NCBI GenBank assembly: GCA_963754655.1 | Contig: CAVWGN010000001.1 | Coordinates: 1,440,001-1,504,000 of the forward strand | Direction of reading: 5' to 3' | Length of the DNA: 64,000 nucleotides | From: an uncultured Chlamydiae bacterium | GTDB taxonomy: Bacteria; Chlamydiota; Chlamydiia; Chlamydiales; Parachlamydiaceae | Shown: positions 49,477 through 60,571 of the stretch, piece after piece | Numbering within the stretch: position 1 is the first letter of the stretch | Layout: every line of letters begins with the position of its first letter | The notes under the pieces: model-generated | Seen by the model: the letters and a program-made list of their open reading frames with translations, nothing else | What the model was told of the DNA's origin: nothing | Database searches by the model: none | Made by a program: the position numbers and the translations under genes

Positions 49477-51903
49477 ATGTTATCAGAAACAAATATCGTG
49501 TGTGCGCTATGTCAAAATGTGGTGGCAAAACATTACCATCGAATAGAAGAAGATGAGGCTGTTTTTTGCTGTAAGGGATGTCAAGTTGTCTATTACATTT
49601 TAAAAGCACAAAATGCCTTAGAAAAATTTCAAGAGCATCCTGTTTATCGTCAAGCTTTGCAAGCTGGTTTAATTACCAATCCCAATCTTCAATTTTCTAA
49701 GCACGAAGAAGAAAAAATACCAGAAGAAGATTTTCAAAAATTGCATTTGACAATTCAAAACATGTGGTGTCCATCGTGCGCCCAAGTCATTCACTTGATC
49801 TTGCTCAAAGAAAAAGGAGTGCGTCAATGTGTTGTCGATTATTCTACCGATCTCGCTTTTATCGAATTTACTCCTCGTTTAATTTCAAAAGACAAAATTT
49901 TACGCCTTATCTGTCAATTGGGTTACCAACCTCATTTTTTGCAAGATCCTCGTCAAAAAGCCATCAGCCGCACTCTGATGCTGCGCCTGATCGTTGCTGC
50001 ATTTTTCTCCTTAAATGTCATGATGTTTGCTTATCCAATTTATGCGACCTATTTTGATGGAGGAAATGCAGAGGGCTATGCCAAGCTTTTTGCTTGGTTC
50101 TCTTTTATAGGATGCCTTCCTGTCCTTTTATATAGTGGTTGGCCTATTTGGCGTCGCTGCTATGTAGGGCTTAAAGTCGGAATCTGGGGAATGGAAGCAC
50201 TCGTCTGCATGGGTGTTGCTGCAGCGACAGGGCTTTCCTTGTATGAATTATGGCGTAATAGTCCCTATGTTTACTTTGATTCCGTTTCCGTCATTATCTT
50301 ATTTGTATTGCTAGGAAAAGTGATTGAATCCAAAGCAAAATTTTCTGCTAAAGATGCTTTAGTTAAATTATCCTTAGCCTTACCACGCAGGGGACGCAAA
50401 CGTTTAGCAACTGGGGAAGAATTATTTTTTCCCATTAAAGACATTCAGCCGGGAAATCTATTGGTTGTGCGAATGGGAGAAAAAATTGTCTTAGATGGCA
50501 TTGTAGTGGAAGGATCAGGCGCTTGTGATGAATCGCTTATGACAGGCGAATCCCTTCCTGTTGCCAAGCAGATAGGCTCTTGCATTCTTGCTGGAACTTT
50601 GCTTCAACAAGGGCATTTAGTTGTAAAAGTGACTGCTTCCTTAGAGGAGACAACGTTGCAGCGCATCATTGATATGGTAGGTAAAGAAATTGGACATAAA
50701 TCGCGCTATGTTAGAGCAGCAGACTCTGTTGTAAGGTGGTTTGTTCCTTTCGTCATGGGATTGGCTCTAACAACAGGATGTATTTGCCTTTTTTGGGGCA
50801 TAACAGATGGTGGACAAACTGTTTTGCAAACCGCCATTATTAGAGCTGTTTCAGTATTATTGATCTCTTGCCCATGTGCTATTGGCATTGCAGTTCCCCT
50901 AGCAGAATCCTCTTTGCTCAATGTCTTAGCTAAATTGGGAATTTTAGTGCGTAATCGTGGATGCTTGGCTTTTTTAGGACGAGAGACTCTTTTTGTTTTT
51001 GATAAAACAGGGACTGTCACCGAAGGATGCTTTAGTGTTTGTGCAGGGATAGAGATCTTATCATTTGAGGAAAAACAAATTTTAAAAGGGCTTGTCGCCC
51101 ACTCTTTGCACCCCATTGCTGTTGCTTTGCAGACAGTTCTTTTATGTCCGGTTGCCACTTTTGAGACAATTGAAGAAATTGTTGGAAAAGGCATTCAAGG
51201 AGTTTTACATGGTAAAAAATACTATTTGGGATCAGCTGCTTTTTTTGCACAGCAGGGAATTTCTGTCCCTCCACAAAGTGCAGACAATGAGGCTGAGATT
51301 TTGACAACTGTTTACTTTGCTAGGGAAAGTCATTGTTTGACAGAACTTGTTTTAGGAGATCGATTAAGACCCGGAGTCAAAGAATTTATTCAGCTTTTAT
51401 TTCCACTCAAAACTTTTTTAGTTTCAGGCGATGCCGAAGCGCCTGTCGCTAAAGTTGCTAAAGCCTGCCACATTCAAGAATGGAGGGCTGGATATCATCC
51501 TTTGCAAAAAAAAGAACTCATCGATCATTTGAAGCAAGAGGGAGAGGTGATTGCAATGCTCGGAGATGGGATGAATGATGCTCCCGCTTTGACAGCAGCT
51601 CACATTGGGATAGCCGTCGTTTCCGCGAGTGATATTTCCATTCAAGTTTCTGATCTTTTGTTAACGACAAATAATTATCACGCTCTTTCCGTTTTGCGTC
51701 AGGTTGCGCTTAAAGGAAAGCGAATTATTAAACAAAATCTTTTCTGGGCTTTTTTTTATAACTGTGTGGGTTTAGGGTTGGCCGCAGCTGGCCTGCTAAC
51801 TCCCTTATTTGCTGCTTTTGCAATGATCATAAGTAGTTTAATTGTTCTTTTGAATGCACAGAGAATGAGTTTAATGGTCCAAGAATCAAAAATCTATCAT
51901 TAA
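49477..51903 (+). CDS. Copper-type P1B ATPase (CcoI/FixI-like)
   Basis: N-terminal C..C/FCCKGC, HMA MWCPSC, MTGE, CPCA, DKTGT, GDGMNDAPAL, QNLFWAFFYN. Confidence 0.9.
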   Translation: MLSETNIVCALCQNVVAKHYHRIEEDEAVFCCKGCQVVYYILKAQNALEKFQEHPVYRQALQAGLITNPNLQFSKHEEEKIPEEDFQKLHLTIQNMWCPSCAQVIHLILLKEKGVRQCVVDYSTDLAFIEFTPRLISKDKILRLICQLGYQPHFLQDPRQKAISRTLMLRLIVAAFFSLNVMMFAYPIYATYFDGGNAEGYAKLFAWFSFIGCLPVLLYSGWPIWRRCYVGLKVGIWGMEALVCMGVAAATGLSLYELWRNSPYVYFDSVSVIILFVLLGKVIESKAKFSAKDALVKLSLALPRRGRKRLATGEELFFPIKDIQPGNLLVVRMGEKIVLDGIVVEGSGACDESLMTGESLPVAKQIGSCILAGTLLQQGHLVVKVTASLEETTLQRIIDMVGKEIGHKSRYVRAADSVVRWFVPFVMGLALTTGCICLFWGITDGGQTVLQTAIIRAVSVLLISCPCAIGIAVPLAESSLLNVLAKLGILVRNRGCLAFLGRETLFVFDKTGTVTEGCFSVCAGIEILSFEEKQILKGLVAHSLHPIAVALQTVLLCPVATFETIEEIVGKGIQGVLHGKKYYLGSAAFFAQQGISVPPQSADNEAEILTTVYFARESHCLTELVLGDRLRPGVKEFIQLLFPLKTFLVSGDAEAPVAKVAKACHIQEWRAGYHPLQKKELIDHLKQEGEVIAMLGDGMNDAPALTAAHIGIAVVSASDISIQVSDLLLTTNNYHALSVLRQVALKGKRIIKQNLFWAFFYNCVGLGLAAAGLLTPLFAAFAMIISSLIVLLNAQRMSLMVQESKIYH

Positions 51904-51958
51904 TTATTAATTAAATTACAAAAATGCATAATTAACTATAGATCCATTAAAAAGGAGG

Positions 51959-54667
51959 ATGGTGATGTATGCATTAACTCATTTGGTTTCGAATCCCGCT
52001 TTCCCATTATTTGATACAGAACAACGCTCCAATAGGATGGAGCAGCCTACAATTGAACAACAAGTGGAAGATTTTATTCAGCATCCTGAAAAGATGCAGG
52101 CTGCGCTTGTTGAGATTTTCTTGCATGTCAATGCTCAGCAAATAGTTCTCTCATTGTTAATACAATTTCTTCAAAGGGTTCAGGATCATCCTCAAGCTGC
52201 ACGGCAATGTGCCTACCAGATCATGATGACCCTTCCTGCTTCTATTGCAAGGTCTATTTTAGAAGAACAGCCGGAACTCTTTGCTCAACTCCTTAATTGC
52301 TTAAATGAAAATCAAAGGAGAGAAATGCTCAAGCAACTGACCCACCAATTAGAAAATTGGAAATTTCACTTTGAAAAAGTTTTTTGTTCTTTAAATCGTT
52401 CTGGGGAAGAAAGGCAAAACCCTCAAGATTTTCCCGCTGGTTCTTTTTTAGTCACTTTAGTAGGATCTCTCTCTCCAAAACGAACGAAGCAATGGATAAA
52501 ACATTGCTCTAATGAACTCTCATATGAAGATTGGGGTTTTTTTATTCTTACTCTTGGTGAGAAGAGCCGCACATTTGCCCTTAATGTCTGTATTCACTTT
52601 TTTGATTTCGATTTGTCGGAATATGGATTTCGTCATTGTTTTGAAGCTTTAGCTCTGCAAAGTACTTATAAACAGTTAGTGGCATCAGTTTTAGATAAAA
52701 TTTTACATAAGTTTTATCGAGCAAATGAATTTGACAAAATTGTGAATCAATTTAATCAATTAAGTCTTCATGCCCAAGTTTGCCTATTAAATACTATGAG
52801 CTCTTCAAAGCAAAATCAAATTTTGCGCCAAAATTGCCAGAATCTACCTCTTATGGCTTCTTGGATGGATGAATTATTTTCTTATCAACAAGAATTTTCT
52901 AGCCGCAAGAACACGGTGAAACGCATGTGTAGTTTCTTGCAAGAAGGATCGTTAACTGAATTCATTAGACAGTTGAATGAGCGGCGCTCAAAAATAGGTG
53001 CTTATTTTCTAATTTGCTTATCTCCTCAACACTTTCAAGAATTTGCTTTTACTGTTCCTTATCGAATACGTTCTGAAGTGCTTTCAAATAGCTTGGCCGA
53101 TGCAACAGCCTCTCAGGTTCTATACGCCATTTCGACAAATAACGAACGAGGACAAATGATTTATGAATCGGTTGGACTGAATATGGATAATCCGGTGATT
53201 CCAGTTGATACATTTTATACTCTAAAACAATGCTTCGACGTCTTGCAGCAGATGAGCCAAGCTCCCGATTTAGCCTCCGATTATATTCCTTTCATTTCTC
53301 GTATTCCTCCGGTACTTATTGGATTGCTATCTATGAATCCTGATCGACGAAATGTTTTATTACAACTGGCCTCTCAATTGAGTGACGAACAATTAAAATT
53401 TTTGGTTTGCGTTTTACCTAGCGATGTCTTTAGCGTGTTTATTGAGAAAAATTGGTCTTCATTAAATAATGAACAATATATAGCCATGTTAGAGGGATTA
53501 TCCCTAAGTCAGCTCATTGACTTTATCAAAGCAAAGACCGAAAAACTCCAACTTATCAATGTCGAGTTCCAAAATAAATATAAGAGCGTACAGGAGGCTT
53601 TGGAGAAAATAAAAGGAAGTGCATTCATTTCTTCTAGTTTTTTAGGTGAATTGGAAAAGGAAGTTAACCATCTTTCTCTTCTTACACGCCGTCCTTCTTA
53701 TAAAGATTATCATTGTTTAAAAATCTTTCTACAACGGCTGCAACAAAGCTTGCCGATTCTTCACCCAATCATTCAAGAGTTGCAACAGACAGCGAATCAT
53801 TTGAACAACAAGCGCATTTTATTTGAAGGTCCGCATGCGCTAATCAGAACTCAATTATCTGCTTTAAAAAATTTTGTTGTTGATAAAGAAACAATAGAAG
53901 AAAACGAAGAAACTGATCTTACTTTAGTCCTTTATGAAGGATTTTGGACTCTTGTACGAGAAGGAACACTACCTTATTTAGGAATCAGTCCTCATAGCCA
54001 ATTAGGGATTATTCACCCAGGCCAATTAAATTTTTTTGGAATTAAAAGTAATGCAGATCTTCATCTTTTAGGCATTTCTCCTGAATGGCAAAATCGCGTG
54101 GATAAATTGGCAAATGAAGTAAAAAAATTGCAAGCCAGCAAAGAAATAAAAATGCATGTAAAGGCGAATTCATTAGGTGATGAAAAAGAGAAAAATTCTA
54201 GCTTTCATGATCTCTGGCAAATTTTTATAAGTATTAAAACACCGTCTAATGAGCTTGAATCTATTTGTAGGAATATTCTCCAAACTTTACCTGTCCAACA
54301 GCTAGAACTTATTGAGCTCAAAAAGACTTGCTTGGCCTTTGGTCAAGAGCTATTGTTATTTCAGCACATTTCAATAGATGATCGAAATCAATTAACAAGA
54401 GGAATGCAAGAGTTAGAAAAATGTCATCAGCCTCAAATCCTTATAGACCTCGCGCTTCAGCTTTTAGGACTAGAATTAATTGTTTTGAGAAATCAATATC
54501 CTTTAATTTGCTTGCAACGTTATTTGCTCGATAACAAGAATTTGAAACAAGCCTGGGAAAAATTTCATTCGCACAAATGTTTTTCTCTCATCGCTTTGGT
54601 TGAAAAGGGGTTTGTTAAAACATCGGCAGATATTTTAAAACTTGAAAATATTGCAAACAAAATTTAA
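51959..54667 (+). CDS. Large alpha-helical hypothetical protein (902 aa)
   Basis: AGGAGG ribosome-binding site, long Leu/Gln-rich ORF, no recognised motif. Confidence 0.75.
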   Translation: MVMYALTHLVSNPAFPLFDTEQRSNRMEQPTIEQQVEDFIQHPEKMQAALVEIFLHVNAQQIVLSLLIQFLQRVQDHPQAARQCAYQIMMTLPASIARSILEEQPELFAQLLNCLNENQRREMLKQLTHQLENWKFHFEKVFCSLNRSGEERQNPQDFPAGSFLVTLVGSLSPKRTKQWIKHCSNELSYEDWGFFILTLGEKSRTFALNVCIHFFDFDLSEYGFRHCFEALALQSTYKQLVASVLDKILHKFYRANEFDKIVNQFNQLSLHAQVCLLNTMSSSKQNQILRQNCQNLPLMASWMDELFSYQQEFSSRKNTVKRMCSFLQEGSLTEFIRQLNERRSKIGAYFLICLSPQHFQEFAFTVPYRIRSEVLSNSLADATASQVLYAISTNNERGQMIYESVGLNMDNPVIPVDTFYTLKQCFDVLQQMSQAPDLASDYIPFISRIPPVLIGLLSMNPDRRNVLLQLASQLSDEQLKFLVCVLPSDVFSVFIEKNWSSLNNEQYIAMLEGLSLSQLIDFIKAKTEKLQLINVEFQNKYKSVQEALEKIKGSAFISSSFLGELEKEVNHLSLLTRRPSYKDYHCLKIFLQRLQQSLPILHPIIQELQQTANHLNNKRILFEGPHALIRTQLSALKNFVVDKETIEENEETDLTLVLYEGFWTLVREGTLPYLGISPHSQLGIIHPGQLNFFGIKSNADLHLLGISPEWQNRVDKLANEVKKLQASKEIKMHVKANSLGDEKEKNSSFHDLWQIFISIKTPSNELESICRNILQTLPVQQLELIELKKTCLAFGQELLLFQHISIDDRNQLTRGMQELEKCHQPQILIDLALQLLGLELIVLRNQYPLICLQRYLLDNKNLKQAWEKFHSHKCFSLIALVEKGFVKTSADILKLENIANKI

Positions 54668-54705
54668 AGAGTTAGCGATGTTAGCCCGATGGGCTATATC
54701 GTTAG

Positions 54706-54811
54706 CTGAGATTCCCTGCATCAGCCCGAAGGGTTGTAAGTGCAAAAGCCCAGGGCATTGCCCTGGGTATGAGTGAGTTGTGTCATGCAGCCTGAAGGGC
54801 TGCAAGTGTCA
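54706..54811. repeat. REP-like multi-hairpin unit (family H)
   Basis: cagcccgaagggttg, cccagggcattgccctggg and tgcagcctgaagggctgca; homologous to 29413-29529. Confidence 0.85.
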
Positions 54812-54881
54812 AATATGTTTAGTCAAAACACTCTGACTCAAAATTCAGATGAGGCACAAAATGGATTCAAAAAGCTTATCA

Positions 54882-55826
54882 TTACAATTTTTTTTTGATT
54901 TCTTTTAGCATGATTTCTGTCATAAGGGGGAGATCATATTTATGCTTCCATCCCCAATCCTTTCGTGCTTCACTATCATCAATACTGGCAGGCCAGGAAT
55001 CAGCGATTTGTTGGCGAAAATCTGGTTGATAGGTGATGGTAAAATTTGGCAAGTGTTTTTTGATTTCAGCTGCCAGAGCTTTTGGGGTAAAACTGATCGC
55101 ACTTAAGTTGTAACTCGAGCGGATTTTAATATGGGATGCGTCTGCTTCCATTAAATCAATGGTTGCTTTTAGGGCATCGTCCATATACATCATAGGAAGG
55201 GGAGTGTTTTCCTTAAGGAAACATGTGTATTTGCCATTTTTAATTGCTTCATGAAAGATTTCAACTGCATAATCCGTTGTTCCTCCACCAGCCTCTGTTT
55301 TATAACTAATGATTCCTGGATAGCGCAGGCTTCTGACATCGACCCCGTATCTATTAAAATAATATTCACACCATCTTTCCCCTGCTTGTTTGCTGATTCC
55401 ATAGACTGTAGAGGGTTCCATAATGGTCATCTGAGGAGTATTGATCTTGGGAGTGGTAGGACCAAAAACTGCAATTGTACTTGGCCAGAAGATTTGTTTA
55501 ACCAACTTTTCTTTGGCCATATCTAAAATTAATAGAAGGCTGTTCATGTTTAATTCCCATGCCTTCTTGGGCTGTTTTTCTGAAGTTCCAGAAAGTAAAG
55601 CAGCGAGAAGATAGACTGTGTTAATCTTTTCCTTCTTGATGATTTCACTCAACCGTTTTTCATCCATGACATCAAGAATTTCAAAAGGGCCTGAATGCAT
55701 CACCTCATCTGATGAGTGTTTGATATCGCTAGCTATCACATTCTCCTGGCCATATCTCTTTCGTAATTCCATCGTCAACTCAGTGCCGATTTGTCCCGAT
55801 GCGCCAATGACAATTATTTTCTTCAT
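54882..55826 (-). CDS. L-threonine 3-dehydrogenase (SDR/epimerase type)
   Basis: GASGQIG, LAALLS, YGISK, GGGTTDYA, RQQIADSWP; downstream of kbl. Confidence 0.88.
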   Translation of the reverse strand: MKKIIVIGASGQIGTELTMELRKRYGQENVIASDIKHSSDEVMHSGPFEILDVMDEKRLSEIIKKEKINTVYLLAALLSGTSEKQPKKAWELNMNSLLLILDMAKEKLVKQIFWPSTIAVFGPTTPKINTPQMTIMEPSTVYGISKQAGERWCEYYFNRYGVDVRSLRYPGIISYKTEAGGGTTDYAVEIFHEAIKNGKYTCFLKENTPLPMMYMDDALKATIDLMEADASHIKIRSSYNLSAISFTPKALAAEIKKHLPNFTITYQPDFRQQIADSWPASIDDSEARKDWGWKHKYDLPLMTEIMLKEIKKKL

Positions 55827-55871
55827 AATGAGTATTTTGTTTCAGTTATAAATTAGTATTAGGAGTTTGAT

Positions 55872-57059
55872 TTAAATCACTTGGAGTTCGCGGCCCACTT
55901 TCGCAAATGCTGCAATGGCCCGATCCAACTCATTTTGAGTATGATTCGCACACATTTGAGTCCGAATGCGTGCTTTGCCTTGAGGCACCACTGGATAAAA
56001 GAATCCTATGACATAAATTCCTTCATTAAGCATCCGCGAGGCAAATTCTTGAGCAATTTTGGCATCGCCTAACATCACTGGAATGATGGGATGGTCGCCA
56101 GGCGTAAGGTTAAAACCTAATTTCTGCATATGCTCACGGAAATAGCGGCTATTGATTTGAAGTTGTTGGCGTCGTTCATTAGCTTGCTCGACTAAATCTA
56201 ATACTTTTAGACTAGCTGCTGCTATACTTGGAGCTAACGTATTTGAAAAAAGATAAGGGCGAGAGCGTTGACGCAGCCAATCAATTAAAGATTTACGTCC
56301 CGACGTATATCCTCCAGAGGCTCCCCCTAATGCTTTGCCTAAAGTGCCTGTTAAGATGTCTACTCTTCCGAGCACATTGCGATATTCGTGAGTTCCTCGC
56401 CCATGCTTACCCATAAAACCTGTGGCATGACTATCGTCAACCATGACAAGCGCTTGGTACTTGTCAGCAAGATCGCAAATGGTTGGCAGATTGGCAATCG
56501 TACCATCCATTGAAAAGACGCCATCAGTGGCGATAAGGCGGAAGCGAGAGTCTTGGGCTTCTTTTAGCTGTGCTTCTAGGCTAGCCATGTCGTTATGGTC
56601 GTAACGTAGGCGCTTGGCTTTGCATAATCTGATTCCATCAATAATGCTGGCATGATTAAGAGTGTCGCTAATCACAGCATCTTCAGAGCCAAGTAGAGTT
56701 TCAAATAAGCCACCATTGGCATCAAAACAAGAGGTATAGAGAATTGTATCTTCTGTCAATAGAAACTGCGATAAACGTTTTTCCAATTGTTTGTGAATCG
56801 TTTGAGTTCCGCAAATAAAGCGCACAGAAGACAGGCCAAATCCATAATGCGCATAACTCTCGGCCGCAGCTGTAATGATTTCAGGATGATTGGCAAGGCC
56901 AAGATAATTATTAGAGCAGAAATTAAGAACGTGTCGAGAGTTTGTAAGGGTTATTTCTGCATCTTGCGGAGAGGTGATTTCTCTTTCTTGTTTATAGAGT
57001 CCTTGGGATTTTAAATCATCCAATTGCTTATCTAAATAGTCGTAGAATGTGAGTGTCAT
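55872..57059 (-). CDS. kbl: Glycine C-acetyltransferase (2-amino-3-ketobutyrate CoA ligase)
   Basis: [54 protein letters not shown]. Confidence 0.95.
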   Translation of the reverse strand: MTLTFYDYLDKQLDDLKSQGLYKQEREITSPQDAEITLTNSRHVLNFCSNNYLGLANHPEIITAAAESYAHYGFGLSSVRFICGTQTIHKQLEKRLSQFLLTEDTILYTSCFDANGGLFETLLGSEDAVISDTLNHASIIDGIRLCKAKRLRYDHNDMASLEAQLKEAQDSRFRLIATDGVFSMDGTIANLPTICDLADKYQALVMVDDSHATGFMGKHGRGTHEYRNVLGRVDILTGTLGKALGGASGGYTSGRKSLIDWLRQRSRPYLFSNTLAPSIAAASLKVLDLVEQANERRQQLQINSRYFREHMQKLGFNLTPGDHPIIPVMLGDAKIAQEFASRMLNEGIYVIGFFYPVVPQGKARIRTQMCANHTQNELDRAIAAFAKVGRELQVI

Positions 57060-57128
57060 AAAATGAGTAAAATTTGAGTGTTTTGAGTGTTTGAAGAAAT
57101 CCTATTAGAGCGCGAATAAAGCTTTTAA

Positions 57129-58277
57129 TCAACCAATTTTTGTTAATGCTTGATCAAGGTCTTGAATTAAGTCATCAGCATCCTCAATTCCAATGGAGAA
57201 TCGCACTAAACCATCGTTTAATCCCAAGCGCTGTCGCTCTTCAGCAGGCACAATGGCATGAGTCATGGTTGTGGGATGGCTAACAAGGGATTCCACACCA
57301 CCCAAGCTTTCCGCCAACGTAAAGAATTGGAATGAAGAAATTAGTTTTAAAGTCTCCTTTAAAGATAAACGGAATTCGGCCGAAAGCATTCCATTAAAAG
57401 CATGCATTTGTTTTTTGGCAATTGCATGCTCAGGATGAGAGGGAAGTCCTGGATAAAAGACTCGCTCGACTTTAGGATGCTTCTCAAGAAAGTGGGAGAT
57501 TTTTAGGGCGTTTTTTTGATGCTGCTGCATGCGAACAGCTAGCGTTTTGACGCCTCGTGTAATGAGCCAGCAATCAAAGGGACTGGGATTACCACCCAAT
57601 GTTTTGCGGGCAAAATCAAGCTCCTGTTTAAAATGGGCGTCCTGAGTCATAACAACACCGCCTAAAACGTCTGAATGTCCTCCTAAGTACTTTGTGGTGC
57701 TGTGCCAGACAATATCAGCTCCCCACTGAAAAGGGTTTTGACAATAGGGAGAGGCAAAGGTGTTGTCGATAACACTTAAGACTTGATGGCGTTTAGTGAT
57801 TTGAGTGATGGCTTCAATGTCAAAAACGTTCAATAAAGGATTTGTTGGAGTTTCAAACATTAACCATTTAGGTTTAGTAGATTGCAAGGCACGTTCAATG
57901 TGATCAAAAGAGGTTTCATAAAGAATGACGAGCTCGATCCCAAAGCGCTGCATGACTTTTGTAAAGAGGCGATAGGTTCCTCCATAAATGCCATCTAATG
58001 CAAGGATTTTATCTCCTGCAGATAAAGTGGAAATCATCGCCATAAGAGCACCAATTCCAGAGGAAAAAACCGTGGCGTGGGCGGCATCTTCTAAAGAAGC
58101 CAGCGTTTTTTCTAATATAACAAAATTAGGATTGTTTGCACGGGTATACTCAAATCCTCGACTGTGCCCTGGAGCATCCAAGGCAAAAGTCGAGGTCATG
58201 TAAATCGGTGGCATGACAGATCCTGTTGTTGAATCAGGCTGCCATCCCATATGAATCGCTTTTGTAGCGAATTTCAT
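57129..58277 (-). CDS. Cystathionine gamma-lyase/synthase (Cys/Met PLP enzyme)
   Basis: EYTRANNP, ETPTNP, DNTFASP, HSTTKYLGGHSD, AESLGGVESL. Confidence 0.92.
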   Translation of the reverse strand: MKFATKAIHMGWQPDSTTGSVMPPIYMTSTFALDAPGHSRGFEYTRANNPNFVILEKTLASLEDAAHATVFSSGIGALMAMISTLSAGDKILALDGIYGGTYRLFTKVMQRFGIELVILYETSFDHIERALQSTKPKWLMFETPTNPLLNVFDIEAITQITKRHQVLSVIDNTFASPYCQNPFQWGADIVWHSTTKYLGGHSDVLGGVVMTQDAHFKQELDFARKTLGGNPSPFDCWLITRGVKTLAVRMQQHQKNALKISHFLEKHPKVERVFYPGLPSHPEHAIAKKQMHAFNGMLSAEFRLSLKETLKLISSFQFFTLAESLGGVESLVSHPTTMTHAIVPAEERQRLGLNDGLVRFSIGIEDADDLIQDLDQALTKIG

Positions 58278-58286
58278 CCTACTCTC

Positions 58287-59369
58287 CTAGCTAGCTGGAG
58301 TGAGTTTTTTAATAGCCTCTAAAATCTTATCCTCACTGATTTCATCTCTGCCTTCTAATTTGACTACACTATTTCGCTGAGGATTGTAAACAATAATTGT
58401 AGGAGTCGCATGAAGGTCGAATTTATCAACGATTTTTTCAAAATATTCTAAACCTGTTTTAATATCCAAAAACGACAATTCTTTGTACTTAATTTTATAC
58501 TTACTCGCTGCTGATTCGATATCATCTTCTTTGGGACTCTCTGTTTTATCTGACAGTTCCATGAGAAGTTGACGCGCTTTAAAATACTGAGACTTATTGC
58601 TCATCAAAAAAGCAAGGTTATAAGGAGTAAAATTTAGACTCTTCTTATGAATAGAAAAATCAATAAAATAAAACGCGACTTGAGATTTAATGTCGGGGTA
58701 CATTTTTTCAATTAAAGGCTCAATCTTTCGGCAAGAGGGACAAAACCAATCGGTGACAAAATAGACCTCTACAGGGCTATTTTTCGTACCAAATACAATG
58801 CGGTCTTTAATATCATTCATTGCAGCTTCAGCAGAATCAGGCTTGCTTATTCCAATAAAAGCAATGAGAAATCCTAAAATGATAAATGACAGGGATGCAA
58901 AGCCTTGTCTAATTTTTTGCATAATTTCACCTCGGTTATGATGTTGAATGGTTGCTTTAAGACTCATGAGGTATTCAGCCAATAGGACTAGGGCTGCACA
59001 TGCAACCGAAGCGGCAATACTTAAACAAATAGGACACCAATGTCCAATTTGATATTTTTGGACACCGACAAACATCAGCTCCGATCCAAGAGCCGATGCA
59101 ATTAGCCACCCCATAAGCTTTGTTAAAAATTCATAGCGTAATGATAAAAATTGTAGCATAATCAATACACTAAAAAAAATGATTCCTACCATAGCAAAGG
59201 GTAGGCCTATGAGGAGGTAATCTTGATTCGCTGAGCAATGCTCAACACAAACTTCTAACCAAGATAAAATAGATAAAACCAAGCCAGCAATTAATGCTAA
59301 ACTGACTAACCAAAAACTCCAGCTAAAGAATTTTTCTTTTGAAACTAAATTTGAAAATAACATACTCAT
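58287..59369 (-). CDS. VKOR-like membrane domain fused to a thioredoxin/DsbA-like domain
   Basis: CVEHC loop, GLP.A..G and WCPICL in the TM region; DWFCPSC and ATPT in the C-terminal domain. Confidence 0.8.
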   Translation of the reverse strand: MSMLFSNLVSKEKFFSWSFWLVSLALIAGLVLSILSWLEVCVEHCSANQDYLLIGLPFAMVGIIFFSVLIMLQFLSLRYEFLTKLMGWLIASALGSELMFVGVQKYQIGHWCPICLSIAASVACAALVLLAEYLMSLKATIQHHNRGEIMQKIRQGFASLSFIILGFLIAFIGISKPDSAEAAMNDIKDRIVFGTKNSPVEVYFVTDWFCPSCRKIEPLIEKMYPDIKSQVAFYFIDFSIHKKSLNFTPYNLAFLMSNKSQYFKARQLLMELSDKTESPKEDDIESAASKYKIKYKELSFLDIKTGLEYFEKIVDKFDLHATPTIIVYNPQRNSVVKLEGRDEISEDKILEAIKKLTPAS

Positions 59370-59579
59370 GTCACCTATATTGTGCGGGATACGTTAATAT
59401 TGTCAAGAGTTTTCTTCTTATCAATTAATAAGTCGTGATGCGTCACTGGATGTTTAAAAAGTTTATTTGATACATACCAAGCTAAGGAAGAAGTAAGAAG
59501 TTTAGTCAAAAACAACCTTATTCATTTTTTGGTGTGCTCTAAACAAACTAAAATTAATAAAATATTAATTCATTATTCC

Positions 59580-59609
59580 TTGACAAAAATAATAAGTTTT
59601 TAATATAGT
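59580..59609 (+). promoter_or_regulatory. Putative sigma-70-type promoter
   Basis: TTGACA-N18-TATAGT upstream of 59671. Confidence 0.45.
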
Positions 59610-59670
59610 AAAGATCTTAAAATTTAAAATCAATAAACTAATAGAATTATTAATAATTAAGGGTTTAAAT

Positions 59671-60555
59671 ATGAATGTCGATATCCGAGTTGGCGATTCT
59701 CAAGTAGATGTAAATTCACCTCAAGCGGCTAATGTTGAGGGGTCACCTGCTGTCAAGCGTGGGGGAGAAATTGTTGGGGCTCTCATCGTTGGAAGTTTAG
59801 TAAACTATCTTGGTTATTGGATCGCTCGTCTTATTATAAAATTAAAATTAAATGGGGCCGATGCTGGTACAGTAGGGAGTCCAATAGGCTATATCTTATC
59901 GGGGTTGATTTTTACAGCTATCGGAGAAGCGGCCTGTCTGATTCATGAAATGGCGCTGAAGATATTAGGGGATCGTCAACAGTTTGATCATCTAGACGAT
60001 CCAGACACTGCCACCGCCTTAGATCGTTTTCGCCAAAGAACTTGGACAGTCATTTCGCGCATGGAAAAAGTTGAGCAAGACGTGGATGTTGTTTTTGCTC
60101 GCATGTTTAATATTCGCACGAGAAAAGAAATTCGAGATCAAGACCTTCAGGATCGTCAGCTCGATAGGATGGAAATTTTACGACGGGCTTTTTTAGAGCA
60201 GGTGGCCGATACTATCAAGTTCGCGATTCCTCGGGAGATCAGTTTTCATGTAGTTAAAGCTGCGGGTTATACGATTTTTGGGGGACACTTTTTTATTTGG
60301 ATGTATGGAGCGACGTTCCTCCATGGACTTTATCTTAAGGACGAGGAAATTAAGACGAGGATTGAGGCTGAAAAACAAGCGAATGCTAGAAAGCGTTGGC
60401 TAGAGTTAGAAAGGAGACCCTCTTGTGAGATATCAGCAGCCTTGGAAGAACCTGTAGAAGTGGCTAATGAGCAAAACTTAGAAGAAGCTGCAGATAATCA
60501 TGAAATTTTAAAGACAGATGAACTTGCAAGTCATTCTGTTCCTGTTAACTCTTAG
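59671..60555 (+). CDS. Hypothetical membrane protein, paralogue of the next gene
   Basis: Paired hydrophobic segments; W.V...D.VFARMFNIR..EI. Confidence 0.75.
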   Translation: MNVDIRVGDSQVDVNSPQAANVEGSPAVKRGGEIVGALIVGSLVNYLGYWIARLIIKLKLNGADAGTVGSPIGYILSGLIFTAIGEAACLIHEMALKILGDRQQFDHLDDPDTATALDRFRQRTWTVISRMEKVEQDVDVVFARMFNIRTRKEIRDQDLQDRQLDRMEILRRAFLEQVADTIKFAIPREISFHVVKAAGYTIFGGHFFIWMYGATFLHGLYLKDEEIKTRIEAEKQANARKRWLELERRPSCEISAALEEPVEVANEQNLEEAADNHEILKTDELASHSVPVNS

Positions 60556-60571
60556 AAATAAATGATCGACT

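Noticed and set aside
49477..51903. cbb3 oxidase (cco/fix) operon
   Set aside because: Only the CcoI-like ATPase is present; no ccoNOQP or ccoS neighbours in the window.
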